A stretch of 64,000 nt of DNA from an uncultured Candidatus Babeliaceae bacterium (GCA_963704655.1 OY969927.1:288001-352000), one strand, 5' to 3'; numbered from the stretch's first letter, positions 38,901 to 46,587 are shown. The notes: generated by a model from the sequence alone, not told the origin. A program made the numbers and translations.

Positions 38901-41244
38901 TATCATTTTGAAGCGCGCTATTACCAATAGCAATGTCGGTAGTTGGATTTTGTGTCAAGTTTAATGCAGAATACCCAAGTGCGATATTGCCATTACCATG
39001 TAAATTTGCCGCCATTGCATTGTTGCCGATTGCAGTGTTATTTTCACCTGTGGAATTATTTGTTAAAGCAAAACTGCCCACAGCGGTGTTGATGAAAGGG
39101 CTAAATCCACCGTGGCCACCGATTATACCCGCTTGAGTATTTGCAAGTGTTTGATACCCAACAGCAACATTAAATACAAGTGGCCCATATACACCACCTG
39201 CTGCTATATCAACGGCATTGCTGAGTGCGCCGCTGCCAAGAGCAACATTGCCAAAGCCGTGCGTTGTTGTTGCAAGTGCGTTTACGCCGATGGCAACGTT
39301 TTCTGCGCCACCGATGGCTGTTATTTGGTTGTCTAAATAATTATAATAGGTAAATTGTGCGCCGCCTTGCAGTGTCTGTGCACTGTTGGCACCAATTGCA
39401 ACGTTATCACATGCAACTGTTGCGGTCATGAGCGCATTAAAGCCAAGTGCAACATTGCTTGTGCCGGTAAGTGTATTATTATTGCCTGCATTAAGACCAA
39501 TAATGGTATTTTGATGTGTCGGTGCAAAGACGAATCCAGAACCAGTGTCGCATCCGCCAACAGAACTATAATTAATTAAGCTGTTACCAGTAAGAGTAAT
39601 AGTTGTTGCTGCAAAGCTGCCGGTGCTGTCACGCAAAACAAGTGTGAGTGCAGAATTACAACTTGTGCCAGTAGCAGTAGATGATGTCCCTACGCCAAGT
39701 TGCCCAAGTGAAGTTACTACAACAGGTGAACCGGTTACCGGTGTTCCATAAATACCAGCAACATATGCAGAAGTTTGTGTGCCTTGTGTGCCAATGCGAA
39801 TGGTATTTTGGTCACCAGGTGCGCCACCACTGCTTATTAAAATATTATTACTTTCATTAGAAGTATAAGGATAACCAGCATTTAAGCCCAATGCAATATT
39901 ATTAACACCTGTTAATACATTACCTAATGCAGAGTGACCAAGTGCAAGGTTTTGTCCACCAACATCTTTAGCAAGTGCGCCGTTACCCAGGGCTATATCA
40001 AAACCATTTGAAGGAGACGCAGATTGCATAGCTTCATAACCGATAGCGATGTTTGATCCCAAACCGTTATCATTTTGAAGCGCGCTATTACCAATAGCAA
40101 TGTCGGTAGTTGGATTTTGTGTCAAGTTTAATGCAGAATACCCAAGTGCGATATTGCCATTACCATGTAAATTTGCCGCCATTGCATTGTTGCCGATTGC
40201 AGTGTTATTTTCACCTGTGGAATTATTTGTTAAAGCAAAACTGCCCACAGCGGTGTTGATGAAAGGGCTAAATCCACCGTGGCCACCGATTATACCCGCT
40301 TGAGTATTTGCAAGTGTTTGATACCCAACAGCAACATTAAATACAAGTGGCCCATATACACCACCTGCTGCTATATCAACGGCATTGCTGAGTGCGCCGC
40401 TGCCAAGAGCAACATTGCCAAAGCCTTGCGTTGTTGTAGCAAGTGCGTTTATGCCGATGGCAACGTTTTCTGCGCCACCGATGGCTGTTATTTGGTTGTC
40501 TAAATAATTATAATAGGTAAATTGTGCGCCGCCTTGCAGTGTCTGTGCACTGTTGACACCAATTGCAACGTTATCACATGCAACTGTTGCGGTCATAAGC
40601 GCATTAAAGCCAAGTGCAACGTTGCTTGTGCCGGTAAGTGTATTATTATTGCCTGCATTAAGACCAATAATGGTATTTTGATGTGTTGGTGCAAAGACGA
40701 ATCCAGAACCAGTGTCGCATCCGCCAACAGAACTATAATTAATTAAGCTGTTACCAGTAAGAGTAATAGTTGTTGCTGCAAAGCTGCCGGTGCTATCGCG
40801 CAAAATGAGTGTGAGTGGCTTGTCGCATGATGTTGCAGTATATATAAAATTGAGTTGGTTAGAATTTGTCAGTGTTGTGAGCCAGGTTAAGGTGCCAGCA
40901 TTATCTGCTAATCCTAAAACTTGGCCCTGAAGCCCTTCTGCCGAGGGTAATACTAATTGATATGACGTTGTTGGTGTGCATGCACGTGTTGGGAGCATTT
41001 CTTCTGTGCTTAAATAGTAGCTTGGTGATTCGGATAAGCTGTTACCATTTTCGTCAAGAATATAGAGTGGTATATAGGTATCGGATAGAATCATATTTTT
41101 GTTATGCTCAAGATTTTTATTAATCGGTTCAAGTGCTTGAGCAAGAATGTGCAAATCATTAAAATTTGTTGACTCTGTTTGCAGTAAATTTGGAAAAAGC
41201 CCTATAGAAAGGGCATAGATTAAGTGATTGTACTTCATATACAT
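26905..41244 (-). CDS. Giant 4779-aa secreted mosaic fibre protein with C-terminal S74-like chaperone
   Basis: Uninterrupted 14.3-kb ORF; 12 RDxTGxFxA junctions; STRRVKKNI...LRPVTFNY...YGLIAEEVEEIYP C-terminus. Confidence 0.88.
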   Translation of the reverse strand: MYMKYNHLIYALSIGLFPNLLQTESTNFNDLHILAQALEPINKNLEHNKNMILSDTYIPLYILDENGNSLSESPSYYLSTEEMLPTRACTPTTSYQLVLPSAEGLQGQVLGLADNAGTLTWLTTLTNSNQLNFIYTATSCDKPLTLILRDSTGSFAATTITLTGNSLINYSSVGGCDTGSGFVFAPTHQNTIIGLNAGNNNTLTGTSNVALGFNALMTATVACDNVAIGVNSAQTLQGGAQFTYYNYLDNQITAIGGAENVAIGINALATTTQGFGNVALGSGALSNAVDIAAGGVYGPLVFNVAVGYQTLANTQAGIIGGHGGFSPFINTAVGSFALTNNSTGENNTAIGNNAMAANLHGNGNIALGYSALNLTQNPTTDIAIGNSALQNDNGLGSNIAIGYEAMQSASPSNGFDIALGNGALAKDVGGQNLALGHSALGNVLTGVNNIALGLNAGYPYTSNESNNILISSGGAPGDQNTIRIGTQGTQTSAYVAGIYGTPVTGSPVVVTSLGQLGVGTSSTATGTSCNSALTLVLRDSTGSFAATTITLTGNSLINYSSVGGCDTGSGFVFAPTHQNTIIGLNAGNNNTLTGTSNVALGFNALMTATVACDNVAIGANSAQTLQGGAQFTYYNYLDNQITAIGGAENVAIGVNALATTTHGFGNVALGSGALSNAVDIAAGGVYGPLVFNVAVGYQTLANTQAGIIGGHGGFSPFINTAVGSFALTNNSTGENNTAIGNNAMAANLHGNGNIALGYSALNLTQNPTTDIAIGNSALQNDNGLGSNIAIGYEAMQSASPSNGFDIALGNGALAKDVGGQNLALGHSALGNVLTGVNNIALGLNAGYPYTSNESNNILISSGGAPGDQNTIRIGTQGTQTSAYVAGIYGTPVTGSPVVVTSLGQLGVGTITTTSFTGQLYGDVIGTQTATHVAFVCGIPACALAQTYSTVLSATSADIPLTLVLRDSTGSFAATTVTVTTVAFEAKDNSGTVSITGPATVSTSYGVTLPQAQGNSSQTLINDGFGNLSWQTVVIGSAIESLNSVTVVNQFLTTYTAETFFGWTDNAVTGVHQLDIPYAGNLPDDNNHVGLITGEDYQNFEFAYNGVYNATPLDIQGTIVERDSTGSFAATNITVTGYQVFEGSTGAGSVSLTAGNLTNTYTLILPAAQATGPNQALFNNGSGQLSWVATLTGGIESLNGLTAPEQFLTTNTGNLTLVVWNDIEPGTHELNIPYAGNLIGTTSVGLISGIDYQNFEFAYNGVYNATPLDIQGTIVERDSTGSFAATNITVTGYQVFQGSTGAGSVSLTAGNLTNTYTLILPAAQATGPNQALFNNGSGQLSWVATLTGGIESLNGLTAPEQFLTTNTGNLTLVVWNDIEPGTHELNIPYAGNLIGTTSVGLISGIDYQNFEFAYNGVYNATPLDIQGTIVERDSTGSFAATNITVTGYQVFQGSTGAGSVSLTAGNLTNTYTLILPTNAAPGLYQVLGVVSGPGKTEQLGWITTVTNSTELNWIYTATSADIPNTLVLRDNTGSFAAYNITADGCLTVNDPTLSPAGQICGSISALTVAPQGSRALQASASGNTRGTYAVDLQINASGSDVASGSYAVIAGGQSNTASNSYAAILGGQNNTASNSYGIVVGGSYNNSTGNSSFVGNGEHHTASGDYSSVTGGYENTASGNYAVVGGGQYNHASNTNAAILGGQSNTASNTYGVVVGGFGNNAAGNSSFIGGGIGNSNTTGDQAVIVGGEGNSASNTFATVVGGSANTASNTYGIVVGGFNNKAAGNSSFIGGGQNHNATDDYATVVGGYQNKASNYYAVVGGGNYNTASGNSSFVGAGYTNTANSDYSVITGGYYNNASNYYAVVGGGTYNTASGNSSFVGAGYTNTANSDYSVVVGGQNNTLGSSLGNWSIIGGGLSNNLNGYYAVITGGYNNSTSSSYATVGGGQNNSAGYAGTVGGGNGNAAGGQYATVPGGYNNQANGEYSVALGQQANAANNGAFVFADSQGSSFASTSNDTFNIRAQSGLVFQGNSTGNITFTVPSSFSSSYGLILPTSHGANGQVLSTNGGAPAQLSWITTVTNSAQLNLLNTATSCDNASTLVLRDSTGSFAATTITLTGNSLINYSTVGGCNTGAGFVFAPTKGNTIIGLNAGNNNINITGTGNLALGFNALALNTSGSNNTALGFGTLATNVNKSNNVAIGTQAMASANPLSGNSVAIGYQALAHDSFGYNVAVGSQALSANLSPYNAAVGTFALQANTTGNFNTALGFNALTTNTTGVQNTGIGASALNNNIGGSYNTAVGTNALLDLTTGQYNTAVGVNAIELITSGNSNVALGYAAGQNAGSNTSNSIYISNLGNSTDNNVTYIGTQGTQTAAYVAGIYNTLLVGEPVVVTSSGRLGVGTYSDLINTATSCDNILSLVLRDSTGSFAATTITLTGNSLINYSTIGGCNTGQGFVFAPTNQNTLIGLNAGNNNILTGTSNVALGFDALASITAGFDNIAIGAFAGQSLIGGEGENNSYIFNGAADNIAIGTGALASTQQGFSNVAIGTSALMTGTDLVVNGGIFAGTYPMQYNVAIGYQASMNAIAYQFFGDSIFDPRPEPIINTAIGSFALTNNISGNYNTAVGNNALSANVIGSYNTAEGYSALSANVLGGSNTAVGYSALLTVTSGSNNTALGTGADVGEPAQNRTAIGAGAAAFVDNSVMLGNSSVRYIMPSGTINSTNLGYAPNNLFNNVLAKQFNIYDSGNTNYAGITAPSATYAFTYTLQMPINQGAFGQLLTTDGNNPAQLSWSTLPTYTLLTAATACDTPSTLVLRDNTGTFEATTVALSGKSLINYSSLGGCNTGQGFIFAPTHNNTIIGLNAGNNNTLTGSGNIAIGQNALQLIATGTSNIAIGYNALQLNSSGHDNIGIGLNALQNNTGPYQIALGTNALQNNTGTNNFAAGYYALANNTAGQFNTAIGDYSLQNNTVGSSNIGIGISTLANSNSGDNIAIGIYSLTNNTQGQQQVAIGSRALQSNITGTSNVGIGYYSLYYNNSGYANTALGYYAGLNCLTGSNNIYLGANVVGSAGDNNLIKIGNGQTQTYVAGIYNNLQVGEPVVITSNGQLGVGSYSNLINTATSCDNALALVLRDSTGSFAATTITLTGNSLINYSSVGGCDTGAGFVWAPTKQNTLIGLGAGNSNNLTGTSNVALGYQALANNITGYNNTALGFGTLATNTNKSNNVAIGTNAMASANPYFGNSVAIGYQALAHDSSGYNVAVGSQALSANTTGYDNTAVGTFALQDNNSGLGNSAFGAFALSANTSGGSNTAIGTLALNANMIGNYNTAVGSQAMYATTAGYYNTALGINAMNSAQASHDVAIGYNSLGLDSAGFNVAVGEATLSNIITGTYNVALGYEAGVNAGTSTSNSIYIANQGNSTDSNVTYIGTQGTQTAAYVAGIYNNLQVGEPVVVTSSGQLGIGSYSNLINTATSCDTALTLILRDSTGSFEATTVTLTGNSLINYSSVGGCNIGQGFVFAPTYGNTIIGLNAGNNNTLTGTLNVALGNQALNANTTGKNNTAVGYQAAKSNMTSSDNVALGNNALATFNGAIGQNVAIGSGAMQNATPLNAAASDIAIGYSALQKDNGQGANIAIGSLAMQNATPINGQDIAIGALTLPSDTIGFNIAIGFSSMTNNTTGVNNVAMGISSLGTNTSGSYNVALGTSALFGNGASAAKNVSNNVGVGYQSLYSNRANNLTAVGYYALGSNTTGIQNTALGYNALGSNTTGTSNVALGYQALANAAGINNFDNIAIGANTLSGASILGDNIAVGTNALSASGYTGGQQIAIGTGALQANTTGTGNIAIGYDALQTNTSGVNNIAIGAYALSKLNYNLPFLGIPSGANNIAIGSNALSNIIQAGENVAIGSNTLQNGSFSYGNVAIGYNAFVFGNSAFNVAVGNSSMGSNNTGASNTAVGYYSLSGNTTGNSNTAIGSYSLSGNIIGFNNTAVGYNALLTASVGNALTAVGSGALQYNTLGTQNVGVGYSTLQSNTSGSNNTAVGFNALSLSQFSNNNTAIGNLTLNNAAVGSDNTAVGNQALSTNQTSSLVGIGSGALFNNTTGAQNVAVGYYALNANITGFNNTALGYQALANANTANNFDNIAIGANTLSGASILGDNIAIGYNALSSANYTKGQQTAIGTGVLQFNTTGTANVGIGYQVLDANTIGSNNVALGNEALTINISGNDNTAIGTNALANSTASRLTAVGSGALANATTGIQNTAVGFNALNLNTTGTSNIAIGYQALANARTINNFDNIAIGAFTLTGTAVLGDNIAIGYNALSSANYNKGQQIAIGTGALQNNTSGVQNHAEGYYALNANTTGTSNVAIGYQALANAKTINNFDNIAIGAFALSGASILGDNIAIGYNALSSANYTGGQQTGIGTGVLQFNTTGTANVGIGYQVLDANTIGSNNVALGNEALTINISGNDNTAIGTNALANSTASQLTAVGSGALANATTGIQNTAVGYYALNANTTGTSNVAIGHQTLAANTASVNNVAVGCYALTKLSGTITYGGNNTAIGADALAALTTGTNNVAIGYNAGTNLLTGTGNIYIGANVYAGAITTSTAESDTIRIGALYGAGSGACYIQGIFGQTYTTGGAAVSIGSNGKLGTTASTRRVKKNIQDMDNITEDLHKLRPVTFNYIWDGYEDHLEYGLIAEEVEEIYPGIVIKDAYGQPQTVQYQYIPLMMLNELQKDRAMLLDYRKRLETLEICYKETIATMQEQIADLQTKIEKLVA
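36820..37960 (-). repeat. Tandem repeat, 465-bp period (about 2.5 copies)
   Basis: CGCGTTCTAC at 36951, 37416 and 37881. Confidence 0.9.
38518..40817 (-). repeat. Near-perfect tandem duplication, 1167-bp period
   Basis: Identical shadow ORFs at 38933/40100; matching TGTCCC(C/T)ACGCCAAGTTG at 38518/39685. Confidence 0.95.
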
Positions 41245-41350
41245 ACTCTTTTTTTTATAGGATACCTTTTGAAAGCAATGTTAGTATGCCAAACTGTTTT
41301 TGGCAAATGCAAGATAGTTATGTTTTTAAAAATTGATATACTGTTTTGTT

Positions 41351-41971
41351 ATGGAACATACAAATGCACTATGGCAAAAATTTGCCCAAAAAAATAATCT
41401 TACAGAAAAGCAACTTACTCAATTTCAGCGTTATTACGATCTTTTAATAGCTGCAAATGAGCTTTTTAATATTACTGCCATTACTGATGTAGAATCGGTG
41501 ATAGCGTACCATTTTGAAGATTCCCTGAAGCTTGGGCAAGCTTTAGATATTAATGCTATTAAAAGTTTATGTGATATCGGTACTGGTGGCGGTTTTCCTG
41601 GGATCCCCCTTAAAATAGTCTATCCGCACCTAAAAGTTCTTTTGTTAGAAGTATCACAGAAAAAGATTAATTTTTTAGAAACTGTGGTTCAGGAGCTTGG
41701 TTTGCAAGATGTTGAAACGTGTGATTATGATTGGCGGACGTTTTTACGAAAAACTGAAGGGGCCATAGATCTATTTTGTGCACGTGCGTCATTGCATCCA
41801 GATGAATTACTACGCATGTTTGCAGGCTCATCGTCATATCAAAGTAGTACGTTAGTTTATTGGGCATCGCAAGAATGGAAAGCCTCTGAAAAAGAGAAGC
41901 CATTTTTGAAGACGATGTACGAATATACTGTTGGTGATCGTAAGCGCTTTTACGTGATTTTCAAAAAATAA
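41351..41971 (+). CDS. rsmG: 16S rRNA m7G527 methyltransferase
   Basis: FNITAITD, HFEDSL, DIGTGGGFPGIPLKI, KKINFL. Confidence 0.93.
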   Translation: MEHTNALWQKFAQKNNLTEKQLTQFQRYYDLLIAANELFNITAITDVESVIAYHFEDSLKLGQALDINAIKSLCDIGTGGGFPGIPLKIVYPHLKVLLLEVSQKKINFLETVVQELGLQDVETCDYDWRTFLRKTEGAIDLFCARASLHPDELLRMFAGSSSYQSSTLVYWASQEWKASEKEKPFLKTMYEYTVGDRKRFYVIFKK

Positions 41972-42030
41972 TAATTCATATTTTTATACAGTTGTTTTGA
42001 TTGCAATTTTTCAGCATAAAGCTAAGATAT

Positions 42031-42068
42031 CCCTACTTCGCACCTTGTGGGTGCTTCGAAGGGCAGGC
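42031..42068. repeat. REP-like hairpin
   Basis: CCCTACTTCGCACC-ttgtg-GGTGCTTCGAAGGGCAGGC, with an end similar to the post-tRNA hairpins. Confidence 0.5.
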
Positions 42069-42094
42069 ATGTCAGGACATAGTGTCGGGAGATT

Positions 42095-43498
42095 ATGATG
42101 AAACATACGCAATCACTTTTTGCAAGTTACCTTTCTGGTATCAAAGATTCTGATAACGGTAATTCATATAGCACTATTTTGGCGCTCTTTTTCCCCGAGC
42201 TGATTACCGCCTTTGTTTTAATGATTAATATTGTTGATATGAAATTTGTTGCGCAGCTGAACTCAACCGGTTTATATAATGCCTTGGGTGTTACCTATAC
42301 GCTGCTGCATACTATCACCAAAATTGCAGAGGGCCTTTCTGTGGGCGCGGTGATTATGTGTGGCCATTATAATGGCGCTGACGATAAAAAAAATGTGGGT
42401 AACTCATTAAGTGCGGCTCTGTGGGTTTCACTGCTTGTAGGCGGCTTGATCGCATGGGCGCTTTTTGTGGGCGCGCATTCAATTTTTGTGTGGTACAACT
42501 TGCCTGAACGGTTAATAACTATTGGCGCTGCATATTTAAAAGTTCGTTGTCTCAGTATTTTTTGTATGTTTGTCAGTTACGGTATCGTAGGTTTTTTACG
42601 TGGTGTAAAAAATACACGGGTACCCATGAACCTTTTTCTTTTTGGCGCAGGGCTTTTTGTTGTTTTTGATTATCTTTTAATTTTTGGAAAATTTGGGTTT
42701 CCCCAGTTGGGTATTATGGGTTCTGCATGGGCCGCCGTGATCCAGTATGTGGTTATTAGTATTATTGGCCTGATTTATATATTTATGAGTAAGTACCATA
42801 AACTGTATGACGTTCAGATCTTTAACCTCCAGATTTTATGGCTCATGGGCAAGATCTTTATGGTCAGTTTGCCGGTTATGGTGGATAAGGCCACGCTCGC
42901 TATTGCAAAGATTTGGTTGTGTAGTTTGATTAACCCATTGGGTAAGGTTGCTATGGGTACATTTAATGTGATTAAAGATATGGAGCAGTTTGCCTTTGCC
43001 CCGGCAGTTGCCTTTGCACAAGTGATAACACTTTTGGTAAGTAATGATTACGGAAGTAAAAATTGGCAGGGGATTAAAAGCACGATTAAAAAAATTCTCT
43101 TTTTAAGTTCGCTCATGGTCTTTGTTATTTTAGTGGCCTTTTCTGTGATGCCGCACCTTGTTATTAGCCATTTTGATACTAAACAGGTATTTACCGATTT
43201 TGCAGCAACGGCATTTCCATTTATTAGTATTTTAGTGTTTTTTGATATTTTGCAGATTATTTTGGCTGCAGCGTTACGTGGTGCATCTAATGTGCGGGTG
43301 GTTATGATCGTGCGGTTGGTCTCACTATTATTTTTTTTCATGCCCGTTTCATACGCTTTTTCACTCTTGCCGCTTGAAAATACGCTCATTAAGTTTATCC
43401 TGATATACAGTACATTTTATATTGGCAACGGGCTTATGGGTATTATATATCTTATGCGGTTCCGTTCAGAAAGTTGGAAGAGCATATCATGGAGATAA
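42095..43498 (+). CDS. MATE family efflux transporter
   Basis: ~12 hydrophobic segments; GFLRGVKNTRVPM, LIFGKFGFPQLGIMGSAWA, AALRGA. Confidence 0.9.
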   Translation: MMKHTQSLFASYLSGIKDSDNGNSYSTILALFFPELITAFVLMINIVDMKFVAQLNSTGLYNALGVTYTLLHTITKIAEGLSVGAVIMCGHYNGADDKKNVGNSLSAALWVSLLVGGLIAWALFVGAHSIFVWYNLPERLITIGAAYLKVRCLSIFCMFVSYGIVGFLRGVKNTRVPMNLFLFGAGLFVVFDYLLIFGKFGFPQLGIMGSAWAAVIQYVVISIIGLIYIFMSKYHKLYDVQIFNLQILWLMGKIFMVSLPVMVDKATLAIAKIWLCSLINPLGKVAMGTFNVIKDMEQFAFAPAVAFAQVITLLVSNDYGSKNWQGIKSTIKKILFLSSLMVFVILVAFSVMPHLVISHFDTKQVFTDFAATAFPFISILVFFDILQIILAAALRGASNVRVVMIVRLVSLLFFFMPVSYAFSLLPLENTLIKFILIYSTFYIGNGLMGIIYLMRFRSESWKSISWR

Positions 43499-43791
43499 AG
43501 GCGGTAAGATTAATTACGCAGGAAGAACTATTAAAACTTGCAAAACTTTCGTGCATTAAACTCGAGTCGCATGAAGTTGAACCTTTACGTGAGAGTTTGG
43601 ATGCCGTTTTGGGATACGCATCACGGTTAAATGGTGTGGCGGCGCAATATCCTGACATTACTGCGCAGCAGAAATTGTCTAATGTCTTTCGTCCCGATGT
43701 GGCGACCTTATGCACTGAGCCTATTGTTGAGTGTGCCAAGGCGCATGAAAATAATTATTTTGTTGTACCCGTGATCATCAAGCAGTCATAG
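43489..43791 (+). CDS. gatC: Asp/Glu-tRNA amidotransferase subunit C
   Basis: ITQEELLKLAKLS...NVFRPD...YFVVPVII; directly upstream of gatA. Confidence 0.88.
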   Translation: MEIKAVRLITQEELLKLAKLSCIKLESHEVEPLRESLDAVLGYASRLNGVAAQYPDITAQQKLSNVFRPDVATLCTEPIVECAKAHENNYFVVPVIIKQS

Positions 43792-43808
43792 CAGGAGAGC
43801 CCATTTTT

Positions 43809-45281
43809 ATGAAAGATTTAGCATTTGCTACTATACAAGAGCTTTCTCAAGCGCTTGAAGATAAAAAAATTTCCGTCTCAGAGCTTACAGACTATTTTAC
43901 CAAACGATTCGCTGAGCACGATGATAAAATCGGCAGCGCACTGGAAATATTTGATGCCCCTTCGATACATTCCCTTGCAGGGAACACTCAGGGTGCACGG
44001 GGGGAGAAGAGCAAGTTAACCGGTATCCCTGGCTTAATTAAAGACAATATCTGTCAAAAAGGGCGTGTCGCGTCATGTGCTTCAAAGATGTTAGAAAATT
44101 ACCAAGCGTCGTATGATGCAACGGTTGTTGAACGTCTAAAAGCTGTTGGTGCGCCATTGATTGGTCGTGCTAACATGGACGAATTCGCCATGGGAAGTTC
44201 AACAGAAACTTCAGCCTTTAAAAAGACCGCAAACCCATGGGATCTTTCTCGTGTTCCGGGTGGTTCAAGTGGTGGTTCTGCTGCCGCAGTTGCCGCTGGT
44301 TTAGTTCCCTGGTCGCTCGGTTCCGATACGGGCGGTTCAATTCGTCAGCCCGCATCGTTTTGTAATTTAGTAGGAAGTAAGCCAACGTATGGTTTAGTTT
44401 CACGTTATGGGTTGATCGCCTATGCGTCATCGCTTGATCAAATTGGTGCATTTACACGTACCGTGTATGACAATGCTATAGTGTTGTCTGAAATTGCCGG
44501 ACATGATAAACGTGATGGTACAAGCTTGCCCGTGCAGAAAAAAGATTATACCAAGTCCCTTGATAAAAAAATTCCTGCTGGGCTTAAGATCGGTATCGTT
44601 ACTAATGCGTTACAAGCAGAAGGTATTGATGCTGATGTACTTAACCTATTAGATGATGTTATTAAAGTGTATGAAAAATCTGGCGCAACTATCAAGCACC
44701 TTGCTGTTCCTGCTATGGATTATGCGGCCGCTGTGTATTTTATGGTAAGTCGTGCAGAAGCAGCTTCAAACTTGGCCCGCTTTGATGGTATTCGTTATGG
44801 GTACCGTGATATGCAGGCTGAGACATTGTCTGATGTGTATGTAAATGACCGCTCGCGTGGGTTTGGTGCAGAGGTTAAGCGTCGTATCCTGATTGGCAAC
44901 TATGCGTTGTCTAGTGGGCACGCTGATGCATATTATCAAAGCGCTAAAACGGTTCAGGCGGTAATGCGGCAAGAGTTCTTGGACGCTTTTAAAGAAGTTG
45001 ATCTTCTTTTTATGCCTACTACGCCATCTGGTGCGTTTACGTTTGGCGCGTTTGATAATGACCGTCTTAAAATGGATTTACAAGATTACTTTAACGCAAG
45101 TGCGAACTTGACCGGATTGCCGGCACTTTCTGTTCCTGCTGGTTTTACCCGTAACGGGTTACCGGTTGGTTTCCAGTTGATGGGGCCCGATTTATCTGAA
45201 GAATTACTATTTAAAGTTGCATATGCATATGAGCAGCAAACTTCATGGCACACCATGGTTCCTGAACAATTCAAAATATAA
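43809..45281 (+). CDS. gatA: Asp/Glu-tRNA amidotransferase subunit A
   Basis: Amidase signature PGGSSGGSAAAVA, GSDTGGSIRQPA, SNLARFDGIRYG, GFGAEVKRRILIG. Confidence 0.97.
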   Translation: MKDLAFATIQELSQALEDKKISVSELTDYFTKRFAEHDDKIGSALEIFDAPSIHSLAGNTQGARGEKSKLTGIPGLIKDNICQKGRVASCASKMLENYQASYDATVVERLKAVGAPLIGRANMDEFAMGSSTETSAFKKTANPWDLSRVPGGSSGGSAAAVAAGLVPWSLGSDTGGSIRQPASFCNLVGSKPTYGLVSRYGLIAYASSLDQIGAFTRTVYDNAIVLSEIAGHDKRDGTSLPVQKKDYTKSLDKKIPAGLKIGIVTNALQAEGIDADVLNLLDDVIKVYEKSGATIKHLAVPAMDYAAAVYFMVSRAEAASNLARFDGIRYGYRDMQAETLSDVYVNDRSRGFGAEVKRRILIGNYALSSGHADAYYQSAKTVQAVMRQEFLDAFKEVDLLFMPTTPSGAFTFGAFDNDRLKMDLQDYFNASANLTGLPALSVPAGFTRNGLPVGFQLMGPDLSEELLFKVAYAYEQQTSWHTMVPEQFKI

Positions 45282-45295
45282 ACATGAGGAGTTTT

Positions 45296-45880
45296 ATGAA
45301 AAAGATGTTGGTTTTATTATTGAGCATAAGTACACTGTATGCTACGCAAGAGCCTGAAAATCCTGTTGGCCCAGAAATGGGTATTAATATCCCCATGCAA
45401 GAACAAGTTGATATAAGTAAAAATGTTACACTTGAAGAAAAAGTTACAACAGATGCTGAAAAAATGCGCAATAAAATTAATGGTTTTTTGGAATCAGAGG
45501 AAGTTAAGGCTGTGCAGAGTGCAACGTTAACCATTGCAAAAACTGGATGGGGATTAACGAAATCGCTTTTTTATGATGAGCAAAGCGGTCCTAATTATCG
45601 GAATATCGGCATTGCTGCAACTTTTATTTCGATAATTGCAGCAAAAAGATATTTTTTTGGTTTAGGTGGATTAAAAAGACAAATGCAACAGAATCAGGCA
45701 CATTTAATCAAACTGAATCAAAAGAACCAAGCAGCATTAATGGAGCAGCATCAAGCAACGCAAGAGCTCATTGCAAATAGTATGCGGATTCTAAATAATA
45801 ACTTAACTAACAAAGAAATTGCGGCGAATGCACGACTTAATGAGCTTGCATCAAAAATGAGTGCGCAAACGGTGAAATAA
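45296..45880 (+). CDS. Hypothetical protein (signal peptide, hydrophobic segment, coiled coil)
   Basis: GAGGAG RBS; Q-rich helical C-terminus. Confidence 0.7.
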   Translation: MKKMLVLLLSISTLYATQEPENPVGPEMGINIPMQEQVDISKNVTLEEKVTTDAEKMRNKINGFLESEEVKAVQSATLTIAKTGWGLTKSLFYDEQSGPNYRNIGIAATFISIIAAKRYFFGLGGLKRQMQQNQAHLIKLNQKNQAALMEQHQATQELIANSMRILNNNLTNKEIAANARLNELASKMSAQTVK

Positions 45881-45902
45881 GAAGTTAATTATTTCAGAAA
45901 AT

Positions 45903-45950
45903 TATTAAGTAAAAAGCCCTAGACAAAAATCTAGGGCTTTTTACTTAATA
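45903..45950. terminator. Bidirectional terminator, perfect 21-bp inverted repeat
   Basis: TATTAAGTAAAAAGCCCTAGA-caaaaa-TCTAGGGCTTTTTACTTAATA between convergent genes. Confidence 0.85.
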
Positions 45951-45951
45951 G

Positions 45952-46587
45952 TTACTTTGTTGTAAAGCGTGTCAAAAGTGATGCGATGCCAAAGTTGCTA
46001 GTTTTTTGGTTTTCTTCAAGTGTCTTTATGCGGCTTAGAACTTGTTTAATGTGTATGTTTTGTAACATTACAAGGCGTTTTACTTCTTCTATATTTGCAT
46101 TACCGTGAACTACTTTAGATTGTAATGCGTGTATCTGGCGGGCCAAGTCTGCATTGCCCGTTGCGATATTCACGTTTATACGGTCCACATTTTTATGTAA
46201 CGCTGCTATATCATCGTGGGTTTTTTTGTGAGCTTGTGAGCTTTGTACGGCATGTTCAGCGATATCAGCATGTACTCTTTTAAAGTTAGATCTAACGGCT
46301 TCAGATAATGCGCTGAGATTTTTTAATATTTGTGACGTATCTTTTTTAATTTTCCAAGATATCGCGATATTTGCAAGACCAATGGCCTGCACTGTGCCAA
46401 AGCGCATAAGATGTGGCCCAACAAGAGCTGCGGTCATAGTGACTCCACCGATAGCGTTACCTGAAGAGGCGCCGTGAGCGATAGCTTCTGAAATAGCAAC
46501 AATAGAGTGAGTACTTATTGCCTGTACTGTGTAATTATTAAGTAAACTAGCAGCAATAAATAGTGAAAGTACCCGTTTCTTTTTCAT
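45952..46587 (-). CDS. Hypothetical protein (signal peptide, hydrophobic segment, coiled coil)
   Basis: 211-aa ORF with AAGGGG RBS. Confidence 0.7.
   Translation of the reverse strand: MKKKRVLSLFIAASLLNNYTVQAISTHSIVAISEAIAHGASSGNAIGGVTMTAALVGPHLMRFGTVQAIGLANIAISWKIKKDTSQILKNLSALSEAVRSNFKRVHADIAEHAVQSSQAHKKTHDDIAALHKNVDRINVNIATGNADLARQIHALQSKVVHGNANIEEVKRLVMLQNIHIKQVLSRIKTLEENQKTSNFGIASLLTRFTTK

Noticed and set aside
26905-41244. Classical trimeric autotransporter (YadA/Hia type)
   Set aside because: No C-terminal beta-barrel or terminal aromatic residue; the protein ends in an S74-like domain and coiled coil
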